Source: Felis catus (lineage: Eukaryota). From it: 64,000 nt of DNA. Of this stretch, positions 1 through 13,536 are shown in pieces. The DNA lies in the NCBI RefSeq assembly GCF_018350175.1, contig NC_058368.1, forward strand, positions 231,944,001-232,008,000, given 5' to 3'. Position 1 is the stretch's first letter. Each line of letters opens with the position of its first letter. Made by a program: the position numbers and the translations under genes. Under the pieces are notes generated by a model. The model worked only from the letters and a program-made list of their open reading frames with translations. It made no database searches and was not told where the DNA came from.

Positions 1-49
1 GAGCCAAAGTCGGATGGATGCCTAACCGATTGAGCCACCCAGGTGCCCC
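1..49 (-). mobile_element. CAN-SINE 5' end, cut by window edge
   Basis: tgagccacccaggtgcccc is the reverse complement of the SINEC head. Confidence 0.9.
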
Positions 50-973
50 ATTTCTAAGTTTCTAAAGAAAACCATGTAATTATGGGTAGATTTAAAGAAT
101 AAGATTGGATATTAGAGAGTAGCCTTAGGCTCTGTTTATTGCCACTGGTATTGATAGAAATCTTCGTGGTCCATATTTTATCTTGTGAAAAGAGATCAAA
201 TCAAGGGCTGAGTTTGCAAAGATTCCCTGAGCCAGTTTTCATCCAACGTAGCTTATCTTCTCTTAAGTGCAGGCAACAGTGGCCTCTGAGGCTGTAAAGG
301 ACGTCACTGTGGGCACAGATTTGATTGTAAAACGTGTGCGTCTCTGGGACTCCCTGCCCCAGCCTCGCGGGATCTTCCACCTGCCCCTTAGCGGTCATTG
401 GGTCCCCCAAATATTGGTGCTCGTGGATGCTCTGTGGAGTCGGCTCTGCTCTCTACGGCAGCTCGGGGCCTCCCTCGCATCCTGCAGGTTTGGCTTTGAA
501 CGGACAGATCTGGCCCTTTTCGGAGACTTTCCTCATCCGTCCCGGAGCTTCAGCTTATGGACTCGTCATACGGGCCCGGGTGAGTGGTTTCATGGGCAGC
601 CTGACCATAAACTGCCCGAATTTGCTTGCTGACCATGCGTGGACGTGTGCCCGCCACCTGTGGCTCACAAACCGACTTACGATTGATGTGTTCACACAGC
701 GGGCCAGTTTAAAATTTGAGGCCTGTGCGTCGTTGGCCCCTGCTCGTTGAGTTTCAGGCAGTTACCTCAGGCTTAGACTTTCTGTATTCTTCTGAAATTT
801 TGAGAACGACCGCAAAAGCGGTCAGATCAATTTTTAAGAGGTAGCAGACTTGAAGATTTAGGACAAAAGTACCATCACTAGGGGAAAGCAAGGGGACCTG
901 TCTGCCAATAGGTCTTTGGATCCTTACATTTAGCAAAACGTTCTCGAATAAAGAGGGGACATGCTGAGTTTTA

Positions 974-1453
974 CTTTATTTATTTTTTTAAAGTTTATTT
1001 AGGGGCGCCTGGGTGGCTCAGTCAGTTAAGCATCCGACTTCAGCTCAGGTCACGATCTCGCGGTCCGTGAGTTCAAGCCCCGCGTCGGGCTCTGGGCTGA
1101 TGGCTCAGAGCCTGGAGCCTGCTTCCGATTCTGTGTATCCCTGTCTCTCTGCCCCTCCCCCATTCATGCTCTGTCTCTCTCTGTCTCAAAAATAAATAAA
1201 CGTTAAAAAAAATTAAAAGTTTACTTATTTATTTTGAGAGAAAGGGGGAGAGAGAAGGTCGAAGAGAGAGAAAGAGAGAGAGAGAGAGCACGAGCAGCAG
1301 AGGGGCAGAAAGAGAGGGAGAGAGAGAGAATCCCAAGCAGGCTCTGCACCACCCGCACTGAGTGACATGGGACTCGAACTCACGAACCTTGAGATCATGA
1401 CCTGAGCCAATACCGAGTGTAATGCTTAACCAGCTGAGCCACCTGGGCACCCC
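974..1453 (-). mobile_element. Older CAN-SINE with its tail split by the SINE at 1002-1214
   Basis: Head ends 1453; degenerate TSD gacatgctgagtttta (958-973) / ggcatgctgattttta (1455-1470). Confidence 0.85.
1002..1214 (+). mobile_element. Felid CAN-SINE nested in the tail of another SINE
   Basis: ggggcgcctgggtggctcag head, (CT)n, A tail; TSD aaagtttattt / aaagtttactt. Confidence 0.95.
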
Positions 1454-1736
1454 GGGCATGCTGATTTTTAAAGAATAAATTTCCTTTGTACTTTATATGA
1501 AAAACATGTCCTGTGACTCTTTTAAGACATGTGGCCCTTACACACTACAGAGGGCATCAAGATGATGTTTTTTAGTGTTTTTGTTTTTTTTTTTTATGGA
1601 AAAGTTTCTAGGAAGACAAAAGATGTCACGATAGGCATAGAATGAGCTTTTGCAGTTTTAGAGTACAGAGGAAGAAACCAGATTCCCAGACAAGTAGGTT
1701 TTCTGCCCCCAAAATGGGCATTGAAGAAAATAATTT

Positions 1737-1947
1737 GGGGGCGCCTGAGTGGCTCAGTCGGTTAAGTGTCTGACCTGATTTCGGCTCAGGTCATGATCTC
1801 GTGGTTCCAGAGTTGGAGACCCACATTGGGGAGCCTGCTTGGGATTCCCTCTCTCTCTCTCTCTCTCTGCCCCTCCACCACTCATCCTCTCTCTCCCTCT
1901 CTTCTCTCTCTCTCTCTCTCAAAATAAATAAACTTGAAAAAAATTTT
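1737..1947 (+). mobile_element. CAN-SINE
   Basis: Head, (CT)n, A tail; TSD aagaaaata. Confidence 0.95.
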
Positions 1948-2343
1948 AAGAAAATACTGTGACATATGGATTTCATTTTGTAAATTAAGTCAGGAGGCCC
2001 AGGAAGGTGAAGTTGCAGACATAGGCTCATAGAGTAGATGAACTTCACCCTTGGCCGTCGGGACCCCTTTGGGGTAAGAAACCATTCCATTTATTACAGT
2101 GATAATCATGTGGAGGACCACCTTGGAGCCAGGAACTTGGCACACATTGTTTTCAAAACTCAACTTTCCTGGAAACTTGTTCCTGTTATCCCGCTTCTAT
2201 CGCAGAAGAAACTCAGGAGAGTTTATTAAAGAAAAAGTCCGTGCTACACGGATAGAAAGTAGTGACATGTCTTGACCTCACAGTGCCCTCCCTTTCCCTT
2301 TGGGGAGCCTTTTTCGGAGCTTTCTTAAAAAAGAGGGAGTCAT

Positions 2344-2546
2344 GGGGTGCCTGGGTGGTTCAGTGAGGTAAGCGTCCGACCTGGGCTCAGGTCATGGTCT
2401 CACTGTTTGTGAGTTCAAGCCCCGCGTCGGGCTCTGTGCTGACAGCTCAGAGCCTAGAGTCTGCTTTGGAGCCTCTCTGTCCTTCCCCTGTTCGTACTGT
2501 CTCTCTCTGCCTCTCAAAAAATGAATAAATGTTAAATTAAAAAAAA
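2344..2546 (+). mobile_element. CAN-SINE
   Basis: TSD aaaaaagagggagtc at 2327-2341 and 2547-2561. Confidence 0.95.
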
Positions 2547-5500
2547 AAAAAAGAGGGAGTCCCTTGTAGATTTACTCACATGGAACAGTTCCGGATGGAG
2601 GACAAGTTCTGTGTCTTTTAAGCGACTTGGGAACTTCTGGGCCACAGCTTCACTTCTGGGAATTGAACTCACAAGCAGCAGGTGTGAGCACAAACAGGGA
2701 GACCACTTCTTTTGCAGAAGCCCTGAAATCGGTCCACAGTTGGGCTAATTTGCTAGGACTGGTTTAGACAAATGAAGGGGTAATGGTATTAAGACTCTAG
2801 AAGCTTTCAGTGTCCTAGGGGCTTAGAGGGGAGCTCAGGACTAAGGAAGTTTTCATGGGGAGATGAAAGTCCAGTTTAGTCTCTTTGAGGAGCAGGGTCC
2901 TCGTGAGGATTCCTCTCTTTGATCCTGTTCTTTTTCAGGGAGGCTGTCCTCTGTTGTCATTTAAACACCTCAGTGAAGGGCGGTTTCCCAACGGTTTTCA
3001 AAATGATGTCTGGTGAGGTCTGGTGCTTCTTGAAGTTTTCCCAGCACTGGGTTTGCCCTCACTTTGAATCACAACGTTTATTTTTCGAAGCTTGAGTGGC
3101 CGGGCCCTTCCGTATTTGTTATTGCAGCTGGATGGGCTTAGACCTTCCTTCTCGCCCCCCGTCCTGTCCTTTTGTGGTTTGGGGTGAAGTCCAGCAGCTT
3201 TAGGACCAGGCTGGAGGGACGGGGGGTGGGGGGCCAAGACCTGGGACACATGCGCTTTTTGTCAGCTCCCGAGGCTGCAGGTGTCCTCAGTTATGCTCCG
3301 CCGGCTCCCCAGAAATGTTCCTCTCCCCCCGTTTTCCTCTCTCCGCCCCGTGTGCTCCTTGAATTCCCCTGAAAGTCAGGGTTTTTAATTTTCTCCTTTT
3401 GTTATGTTTTGTTGTCTGCTTCCAATTACCCCTGTCCCTTTCCCCAGCCAAATCCTGCTTCTCACCTGCACCCGGAGCCTGACGCTCGCCTTTACAGAAG
3501 CAATTATTTGCAGCCAGTTGCAGAAGAGAGATTAAAGTTCCCAGAAAGGCAGGAGGGCCACGTGATGTGTACCTTCCTTCCCAGGCTGGGCGAGGGACAG
3601 AGCAGCTCTTTGTCAGGCTGGGTCGTAAGGCACTCCAGTCCCGCTGAAAGATGAAGCTGGCGAGTGGAAATTCTGCAGGGAACCCAGAAAGATGTACTTT
3701 AATTAGAATTTATGCCCCAATCTAAGTCCTGTAACTGTTGGCTTCTGGGAAACAAAGAGCCGGCTCCCGCTGTAATTGGCAGACAGAGGCTTGATTCTTT
3801 GTAAGCACCTTCTCTGCATAGTCACCAGACTCTTTTGATCATGTTCTTCCTTAAGTGCTTTATGCGTTTCAGGCTCTCCAGATAATGTGGCCCCTGCTGA
3901 CCTGCTCTCCCTTCCCAGAAGGGTCTTCTGTACGTTTTAGTCAAATGCCGACCGTTTCTCTGCTTTTCGGTCCAAAACCTTAGCAGCGCTAAGCCCCCCT
4001 TTCGTGTTGCCACGGGATCTCTTGAAAGCTCCCAGTTAACTTATATACACACACATCCTTATTTTTAGCATCTAGTATTCCAAGAGATCAGGGAATTTTT
4101 AGAGGCAGATTTGGCTGAAAACCCAGATGGAATAGTCATTTGAAAAAAAAAAAAATTCTCACAATTTCTTATTACAGGATTACTTGATCGCAGTTTGAAA
4201 CCCTTTTCCTGTTCTGGCCTGTTCCCGTTGGCACATCGCCGTCCCGTCTCGTCTTGGTGCTTGCTGTAGAAATCAGCCAGCGGTACGCTAACCAACCAGG
4301 AAACCCCGTGAGAAGTGTGGTTAGTTTGCAGTATTCACAGCCTCGGGGCGTAGGCAAGAGAAAGCCCCGTCTGGTGCTAGTGGGGTAAAAATGTTGGTGC
4401 CTGACTCATATCCATAACTCTCGGGTTTGGTTTATCGCTCTTCCAGACAATTCTGTTTGTCTTTGAGAATGCCTTCGTGGAGCTGGCCAACTTATCTTTG
4501 TGAGATCGTGATAGAAACTCCTCTGCTGGAACTTGGAAAACAGCATGCTTTATCAGTTTCTTTTCTTAGTCTGGAGACACACGTGAACCATTTCTGTCAT
4601 TTTTTGCTCACTTTCCATGATGACCGACCGTGTAGAGGTGGAAGGGGAGAGCCATGTTCCCATCACTTTTTCCTGCCGAAAGAAGGAAAGTCGTTTAAAA
4701 GGAAGACAATTCCAGAAGGTGGTAGTTCTAGTTCCTAAGATTATAATGAAAGGGGAGAAGTTGCTAGTGAAGAGCTGGAAGGCCATCAGGACACAAGAAA
4801 GGAAGGGCTTTGGACCCTTTTCATCCTCGGGCATATATGGATTACACTGCACGTTTTGCTTTTGTTGTTAAAGATTCCAGTGTACCAGAAGAGACTCAGT
4901 TCGATTAAGACTTCCTGGACTGGAAAAGAACAGTATTCACTCTTCTGTACCAGTTTAACTTTCTCCTTTATGTGCTGTGCAGTGAGGACGCACTTTCCTC
5001 ACATTTGACAGATGATGGATGGGGATATGTCAGAGGGGGCCACGTGTGACGTGTGCTGGGATTGGGAAGTCCAAGTTAATAGCCTCAGTTGTCGGGAATA
5101 TATCGTCACAAGTGTAATGAGACACAATCAACTCTTTAGACTGTAATCATCCCTTAAATCTCCGGAGCAAGGATCATTATCTGCTGCAGAAGATGGGGAT
5201 CTGGTTCATATTACATAGCGGGAGCTCTCAAGAGTCCTGCCAGCCAAAGCCAGAGCCTTCCTTCGGCGAGTGACCTTGGACACCAGCTTGTCATCCCTGA
5301 TGGCCGGTAATTGTCCAGATTTCGGTTTCTGAGGGGTCTAATTTTCACTCCAGAATGACTGCAGGAAGGTCTCTGCCCACGGTGGTGCCAGACAGCCAGG
5401 CACCAGGTTGCACGGCTCGCAGCTAGCGTGGTGAGTCATGTGCTCTGTGCTCCTCGGGAGCAAGAGGGCAACATTTTGCTTTTCAGGAACGATCAGATAG

Positions 5501-5666
5501 CTCGTGTCTTTCAAGTTCCTGTTGCCTGGACCTAATCTCTCTCCACGAAGTGATCCGCGCTCCACGCACACAATCCCACAGCCCACCTTTACTCCAGTCA
5601 GCTCCTGACATTCCCGGGTAGAGCTGGGGACACTGTGGTGGTGTTTTTGCTCGTGTCCTTCGTTTA

Positions 5667-5863
5667 CAGTCCATCCTTCTCATTCGTGGTGCTCTGCTCT
5701 GTAAGTTCATCATGAACACTGAATCAGCCAAGACCGACCCGTCACTCCTAGGGGCCAATCAAGGTTAGGCTCCGATAACTTCTGGTCACGTTGGCCCCAT
5801 CAACCCGCCACTAAAGAACCTTGCTTTTTGTTTTTTGTTTTTTTAAAGTTTGTTCATTTTGAA

Positions 5864-5906
<43 letters not shown>

Positions 5907-6197
5907 ATCCCAAGCAGGCTCCACACTGTCAGTGTGGAGCCCAACACGGGGCTGGAACCCACAAATCATGAGATCATGACCTGAGCTGAAACCAAGAGTT
6001 GGAGGCTTAACCAACTGAGCCACCCAGGCGCCCCTAAAGTACCTCGTTTTATGCGTGTTTCTGTTTAAAGACACCTAAGTTAATTCATTAGCTTTGAACT
6101 CACAGACAGCGGCACCACACATTTCGGGGTTACAAATAAATTTTAGCGGATGGGTGAATTCACAAAAATCGAATCTGTGAATAACGAGGAGAGGAGG
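5667..6197 (+). mobile_element. MER82-like TcMar-Tigger relic, internally deleted, split by a SINE
   Basis: TA then cagtccatccttctcattcgtgg...gaacactgaatcagc...ctcctagggg; right end ggggttacaaataaattttagcg...aatctgtgaataacgagg. Confidence 0.75.
5825..6034 (-). mobile_element. CAN-SINE inside the MER82-like element
   Basis: Degenerate TSD taaagaaccttg / taaagtacctcg. Confidence 0.95.
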
Positions 6198-6563
6198 AAT
6201 TCTTTTTTTTTTTTTTTTTTTCCACAAATGTCCGTTACCACAAGAAAGAAGTCACGTCTGGAGTTACCTGACTTCTTTTGTACTCTGAATCTTGCGGGTG
6301 CAAAAGTCGATCTTTAAGCTTGTGGTGATGAAGCAGGATTTTCTGCTGCCCTGTTTTTGGGGGTTGCAGCGAAAGTGATGGAAAATGCCACGGCCTCTGG
6401 AGCTGCTCTCAGGATGTTCCTTCTTTCTGGGTGATGAATTAGGTCCCTTTGGAAGCTTTCCTGCCTGTCCGTCTGGCATCGTTATATCTAGACTTCAGCA
6501 CTTCCTCGTTGAACAGGGAGGAGAGGAGTGATTTTGAAGCTTTTGTAAAAAATGGCACCTTGT

Positions 6564-6784
6564 GGGGCGCCTGGGTGGCGCAGTTTTTTAAGCGTCCGAC
6601 TTCAGCCAGGTCACGATCTCGCGGTCCGTGGGTTCGAGCCCCGCGTCGGGCTCTGGGCGGATGGCTCGGAGCCTGGAGCCTGTTTCCGATTCTGTGTCTC
6701 CCCCTCTCTCTGCCCCTCCCCCGTTCATGCTCTGTCTCTCTCTGTCCCAAAAATAAATAAACGTTAAAAAAAAAAAATTAAAAA
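6564..6784 (+). mobile_element. Young felid SINE (SINEC_Fc type)
   Basis: Perfect 16-bp TSD aaaaaatggcaccttg at 6547-6562 and 6785-6800. Confidence 0.97.
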
Positions 6785-9700
6785 AAAAAATGGCACCTTG
6801 AATAACCAGCTGGGCGAGGCGAGAGGCACATCTACCCATCTGCCCAGCAAGGTGTGAACAGCACGTACCGTCGATGGTTAGCTTACAGTTTCACCTTTTA
6901 CTTCCCGTTTTCTCTTTAAAGTTGCTTTAGGAGAGCATGGCCGGAAGCTGAAGGAGAGTTTCATGTGGTCGGGGGTCAAGGACGTGGCCTGATTCGAGGG
7001 AGCCCACCCACCCTGACTTTGCTTCTAGCATCGTCGTCAAACCTCCTGCCGGCAACACTGCGCCGGCCTCCGGGCCCTGGCGGGGGCTGTTCGGCGCAGG
7101 GTCAGGAGGAGCTGGGGTGGCCCGTGTTCTGCTTGCGAGACTGTATGGTCAGGTGCTGGGCCACGCTGGCTGAGGTTCACAGCTGTTGCTCCCCAAGCTG
7201 CTGACTTCCGTTGGCCGGCCAAGGTCGGCTTGGGAATTCCTGCCGAGCGTCTGGTTCAAGGATGCCTGAGGCTCCTCGGCAGCCGTGTGTCTGTCAAGGC
7301 AAATTGGAATTGAGGAGAAGGGGGCTCCCTCTGGTGCTTTCAGCCGCGACGAAGAGATCGGCTGAGCAGTGACAGTTTCTGTGACTGTCCTGCGGGAGGA
7401 AAGCTTACGTGCGTCCTTTCTGTAAGGGTTTGAAGCCCGATGGATTAGGTGTAGTGGGAACACCATTAAGTGACTTGGATTAACATCATGACTGTTACTT
7501 TCTTCCCCTTTACTGAACGGTTCAGATAGAGCCATGGTCCGTACCTGCTGGTCAGCTGGATACACCTTGGCTGAGCGAAGAAAGATGGTCTGGAAGTTGG
7601 CACTTCCCAAGGCTCGCAGCAGAGGGAAGTCATGAAATCTGGGCCCTTCCTGACCCTCTCCTTTCTCAAAATCTTAGGGTGGTTATAACCGGTTTGTGTC
7701 CTTTTAGCTTCTGTGGAAAGACCTCCGTGTACCGCAGAATAGGAAAAGAGAAGAGACCTAATCTGAAGGGGGTGAGGGGTGTCTGTCTATCAAGGAATGG
7801 CACTAATATTGTGCTATTTTATCAGATGATGGCTTGGTGTTTTCTCTTAGGAGGCATTGAGAAAAACAGCTGTCACCAGAATTTCATGTCCTGTTTCTGA
7901 TTTACAGCTCTTTTGCAATCTTTGGAAATGGCACACGACTTGAGAAATTGTCAGTAGATAATGAACAGCCAGCCATGCCCCTTCTTCCGAGGGCACGCTG
8001 AAACACGCGAGGGAGGAAATGGCCAGCAGGACAAGACGTTTTGTTCCTAGTACAACAACAAGTCTTAAATCGCCTCCTCCCTCCCCCAAAATGCGTTCAG
8101 CTTTCCATTCGAATGAGGGGTTTTGTTTATGGCTTAATTTCCCTGATGTCTACAGTGAGCGTGCACAGACAGGGCAGTCCCTGGTTGGGTAGTAATGTCT
8201 CTGATGCGACAAAGGAGGGTCTCAGCTGAGATGCTGGATGTCTGCTGGCCCGGGGGAGCGGACGTGGACGAGAGCCTGACTGGACAAGGGTGTCTTAGTC
8301 CAACCCTTGAGTCTATATAGTTTGAAACAAGAAAAAAACCCAAAGCAAGGGCAGGTCTGTGTCCAGCTGTCGCTGGGCTTTGTTTTCTGCATAATTGTCT
8401 TGTCTTCTAGGCTAGAGTTACAGAATCTTGACTCAGAGCTCCGGATTCAGGTGTTAGGCTTACTACTCTCACGGAGTAGCATCGCCTCCATAGGCGTAAA
8501 AAGTGGTAAATCAGAATTATAACCATAAACTAACAGTCAAAAGACGTAATGTTGAGATTAAAACGGGCATTTGGGAGTCAAGCATAACGTGCTCCCAAGA
8601 ACGCATTGATTATCTGGTGCTTAGTTACCTAAAACGCTTTTTAAGTTTTTAATTGGTGAATTACATCATCACTTCATGTTCATTTTGGCCAGAGCACATA
8701 CACGTTTTCTGTAGCCACGTGTGACGTAGGAAGCTGGATGGTGAGGAGGGAGCCCCTTTAAAGTTTTTTCTTCTCGGCAGCTGCCTGGGGGGAAGGGACA
8801 CAGGAGTGGGTGGGGAGGGGTGAGGCAGTCAGCCAAGGGTCAGGAGCTTTCAAGACGCTGCACTTGTGAAGGTGCCCGAAGCCCCTGATTATAGAGAGCA
8901 GAAGCCCAGGATGCAAGACTGGATTTTGTCAAATCGGTGACTACAGAATTGCGACAGAGGAAACACTCAGTTTAACTGAACATCATTCATTCAAAAATGG
9001 GAGTGACTTTTACTTAGTGATTCTCCTGGTATTTATGAAAAATGGATTTACTCAGGGAATTGCCTGAGAGTCACGGAGGTGATGTTTATACTACCGGGAC
9101 AGGTCTTTTCCTGGGTGCTCACTGGTGGCCACTGGGTTGGCCTTGCTCTCCTGCTGTGACTGTTCACTGGAGCAGCCATCTGTCCGTGGGGACACCTGTG
9201 AGCATGGGGAGAGCCTCTCGGGGTGGAAGAGGCTTCCCCCAGGGAGCCTGTGACGGATCCTTGTGTATGCCGGCTGGCTTAATAAAGCCAGAAGAGGGGA
9301 GACATCGGCCGGTTTGCACAGCAGAGCCTGTAATAGACTTGGGTTTTACAAGAATATGAACGGGGGCCCAGAACCTGTGAGAATAGCATCTGAAAGCTGC
9401 TTCTGAGACTTGAAAACCTTCTAAAGAGACACAAAAAATAGTTTATTTTCAGTGAAGATGGGATCGAGGCAAGCCGGGTGTCTCTGGGCCAGGGAGTGGG
9501 ATTTTGACTCCTCAAGACTTCCTGTCCTGCACAGCCCCCATTCACTCACTCCTCCCCGGGCACCTGCTGAGTGCCTGGCGTGCCCTAGACCTGGGTGGGG
9601 AGGAGGCAGCATCTCGGTTCTGTCTGGGTTTAGCTTGCTCTGGGCGATATTGATGGAATGGTGACGTCGAACAGGAAGGCTATCTCTAGAAGCTGACTTT

Positions 9701-11518
9701 AGGTCATCCCCCTGGTCTGTTAACATTTACACACACCCTGAAGTAAAAAGAGGGAATCGTCATCAGATGGCCTTCTGGAACGTGCTCATTGATGTGGGCC
9801 TGGCCACGGGGATTCGAAGTTGAATAGTTGAGTAGGACATAATGGCTGCCCCGGACACGGGGAGGCCAGCAGGTAGACAACAGAGGGTGATAGGAGGTAA
9901 CCAGAGGCAGGTCTGGGTGTCCCGTTCACAAAGAAGAGGCAGTCACATCACACGGGGACACCGAGGACACATGTAGATTTCAGGGGGCCAGCAGGGATGC
10001 GGGAACAACTCTGGCTCGAGTGATGAGGGGAAACCAATCAGATTCAATCCGACGGCAAGAAATACAGAGTTCTGGATTCAGATCAGCTCCATACAAATCG
10101 CAAGGAGGGCAGTTACTGCCCCCAGCAGCTTGTCAAATTGAAAGAACTAAACAAACCAACACCAGTGGTCAGTTTCATGCCATTCTTTGAACAGAGGAGG
10201 GGGTTGTTTTCCTGACGGTTTATGAAGAGGAAACACAAACCCAGCCCCACCGTGGGGGGCAGGACCGACACTCTCAGGCCTGGTCCCGCGCACCTCGCCT
10301 GCGTTGGCACATTTTCTGGCAGAGCGCGTCCGTGGAAAATGATGAGGCATCGTTCTGTGTAAAACGTGGTCCGCGTTCCAAAATGGTCTTGCCTCCCTTC
10401 CAGTTGCTTCCGTGGAATGGGCTTTTATCGCATGGGGTGGTGAGGGATTAACTGCGGCTCCTTTCATGATCCGTAAGCTCAGAAACTTCCCAGGATTATT
10501 CAGCACCCCGCAGCCCCAGGTTTGATACCGTAGTAAGTCGCTCAACAAGGATCTGGAGACGGATGCAGGGAATGAGGGGCCACCGTTAAGTCAGCCTCCG
10601 GGGCTGAGCATTTTAAGGGCGTGTTTGCCAAGAGAGCGAAAGAAGCTTCTTGCCTCTTAGAGAGGAGGCAGGCTTACACGTCGGGACGCGCCCGGCCTCC
10701 TGGTACCATTTAGTGGGTCCGATCTGTTCAGATTGTGTCCTTGATGGAGCTGCAGGATGGGCAGGGCACTTCATGACTAATCTAAGGCAGCTGACATAGT
10801 TGTTTTTAAACATAAGGGGAGCTGGGCTCTTCTTCATGGGGAGGACGTTTCGGTACTGTTTGTGCTGAAATGGACAACATGACTCATTGCCAAATGTAAA
10901 AAAAGATCTTTTTATTCCCCCGCATGTGTAAACCCTCTAAACACAACAGTGTTCAGAGGAAGGTAAGGCACCATCTGGTTCGCTGCGTAGTAGCCTATTT
11001 CTTATTTTTGTCACTAATTTATACTGAGAGGATGACACATAGAACAGGATGAAATTTTTAGTTACGCAACACGCCCAAGGATTGTTAAGCCCTCTGTTGT
11101 CTCAGAAACATGAAAGACACCCTTAGGTGGGATGAGTCCCATCCCTGAGCACCTTGGCCGATGCAAAACGGGCCGTCTTTTCCTTGTGCAGGCCTCGGTG
11201 AGCACTGTTGACAATGGAAGACCCAACAGGTAATTGGGACTAAGTTCAGCAGGATTTAGAAGTCTCGTATTCTTCGTGTCTTTGGAGGGATGAAGGTGTT
11301 GAAGTGACTCAGAGTATTTGCTGGGTTGAAACCAGAAAACAACACCGTTGTCTGACTTCCAAGTCCAAACACAATGTGCTTGGCCTGGATCCCCCTGTGC
11401 CATGTAGAACAGCAGCTCTGGGCTCAAGGTACATACAATGCATGAAGTCGTGGAAAACCGAGAACTGATACAGACCAACGTGCATGTTGGATTGCCTTGT
11501 GTGGGTTTGTAGTAATCT

Positions 11519-11696
11519 TTTTTTTTTAAGTTTATTTATTTATTATGAGAGAGAGAGAAGAGAGACAGAGAATCCCAAGCAGGCTCTGCACTGTCAGTGC
11601 AGAGCCCTACGTGGGGCTTGATCCCATGAAAGCGTGAGATCATGACCCGAGCTGAAACCAACTGATGTTCAACCAACTGAGCCACCCAGGCGCCCC
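11519..11696 (-). mobile_element. CAN-SINE
   Basis: TSD tgtagtaatct. Confidence 0.95.
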
Positions 11697-13260
11697 ATGT
11701 AGTAATCTGATTGCTCTTCCTGAACTGAAGGAGAACATCTTTTCATTGCTCTCTACTGAGTTGGAGAGAGAGTGTCTTTTATGGCTAGAAATTTCCAAAA
11801 TCCTGCCATCTGCTCTTATTTTTTAGGAAAATATTTTTCTGAGTGATTTAACCCATTACCATTTCACTAACCGTTCTTTGTGAATTCTGTGGTCAGCCAT
11901 CTTTCCAGGGATATACAGCCCTCATTTCTCCATGCTTTTCCCGCAGACCTTTGACTCCGTTCAGCTTTGTGCTGGGAAGGTTTTAGCGTCAGTTAGTCGT
12001 GGGCTTAATCTGGGGCAGACATTTCCCTCTTCCTGTGGAGCGACCAAAGGGCTGATCTAAGAACCCAAGCCCTCCCTGTCTGCTTTAATAGAAGTTAAGT
12101 AACAATAGTAGCTAAATACTTTTTTTAAAGTTAAATTTTGATTTAAGAATTAAATCTTGAGTTTAGATTTAGAGTCGAGTCTTGGCTGGCTTTTGTGCGG
12201 GCAAGCGACTGTTTACAGGGTAGGTCTTATTGGGTACATTCTGAATAAGTAGGAATTGAGAGACCACATTTTTCAAAAAGCCTCAGACACCCCTTCTCCT
12301 TCTGGGTAGCGAGATTTTCGTCTACAAAGGATGGATCAATTTAGCTGTCAAAATGAAAGCTGAGAGGCCAATTGCCCATGCAAATTATCCACTTGTGCAA
12401 GCCCTTCAAAATTGCCTGCACGAAAAGCGAGCCTGCCCTTTGAAAATTTGGCACATGGTGGCAGAAAGAAGAAAAGTAGTCACTCTTCAGAGATGGTGGT
12501 GTCCTTAGAGAGCCGATTTTAGAAATTGCTCATTTCGAGCGGTTCCTTAGTTTTTGGCAACTTATTTGCTTTAATATAAGAAGTCGTTTCTGCCCCCTCT
12601 CTTTCTCTCCCTCTGTTCCCATGTGTCTTGGCGGCTCAGAATACATCTCATCATCTGATGTGGGAGTTAGGGGATAGGAGGTGTTTTGCTCGAGCTTTAC
12701 TCCAGCCCCTGAGGCGCGATCTGTCTCTTCCAGGGTCAGCAGCTCCTACCAGCTTTCAGTACTCAGCCAAGGATGACTGTGCACAAAGACCAAATGAAAG
12801 CCAATGGGGTTGCTCTCTTCCCAGATGCTAAGATTAGTCAACGCTTTGAGAAATGAAATCTCAGCTTCTGCCGTCCGTTTTCCGCAGGCCTCAGCTGTGT
12901 TTAATGTTTGCAGGCCACCACATTTCACAGTGACTGTCACCTGTCTGATGGAGGGAGCCGTCTCGGTGGGTCTGGGTGTGAAAGCTCCAAATGGAAGTGT
13001 TTTCTCTTTGTCTTTGGGCTCAACTTTCGGAAGTGCCTGCTCCTCTGCTTGGTAAGGTAGGATTTTCCTCTGCTGGTCTGAGAGCCAGGTGACTGAATCA
13101 TGAAGTGACCCAAATGTGAGGCCCGGTGTCCCCATGGGACGATGCACTGTCCATGGAGCCCCAGCCGTGGCTGGGGCTGCTCTCCAGGTGTTCCTGAACG
13201 TTGGCCCTAAGACAGCCAGGGGTTTATGAAAGGGAAATTGTGACATCTGGCACTGGTCTT

Positions 13261-13288
13261 TTTTAATTTTTTTTTAATGTTTATTTAT

Positions 13289-13326
<38 letters not shown>

Positions 13327-13359
13327 GATGGATAGAGAGAGAGAGAGAGAGAGGAGGAT

Positions 13360-13406
<47 letters not shown>

Positions 13407-13536
13407 GAATCCAAAGCAGGCTCTAGGCTCTGAGCTGTCAGCACACAGCCTGACGCAGGGCCCAAACTCACGAACCGTGAGATCATGACCCGAGCCGAAG
13501 TCAGAAGCTTAACCGAATGAGCCACCCAGGTGCCCC
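13261..13536 (-). mobile_element. CAN-SINE with expanded compound (AG)n
   Basis: TSD ggcactggtctt / ggcacttgtctt. Confidence 0.95.

Noticed and set aside
1013..1195. Recurrent 'MAQSVK..TSAQV.ISRSVSSSPASGS' ORF family across the window
   Set aside because: Translations of CAN-SINE copies, not a gene family.
12746..13246. Longest ORF (166 aa, minus strand)
   Set aside because: Non-ATG start, no recognisable domain or exon signals; length is compatible with chance.
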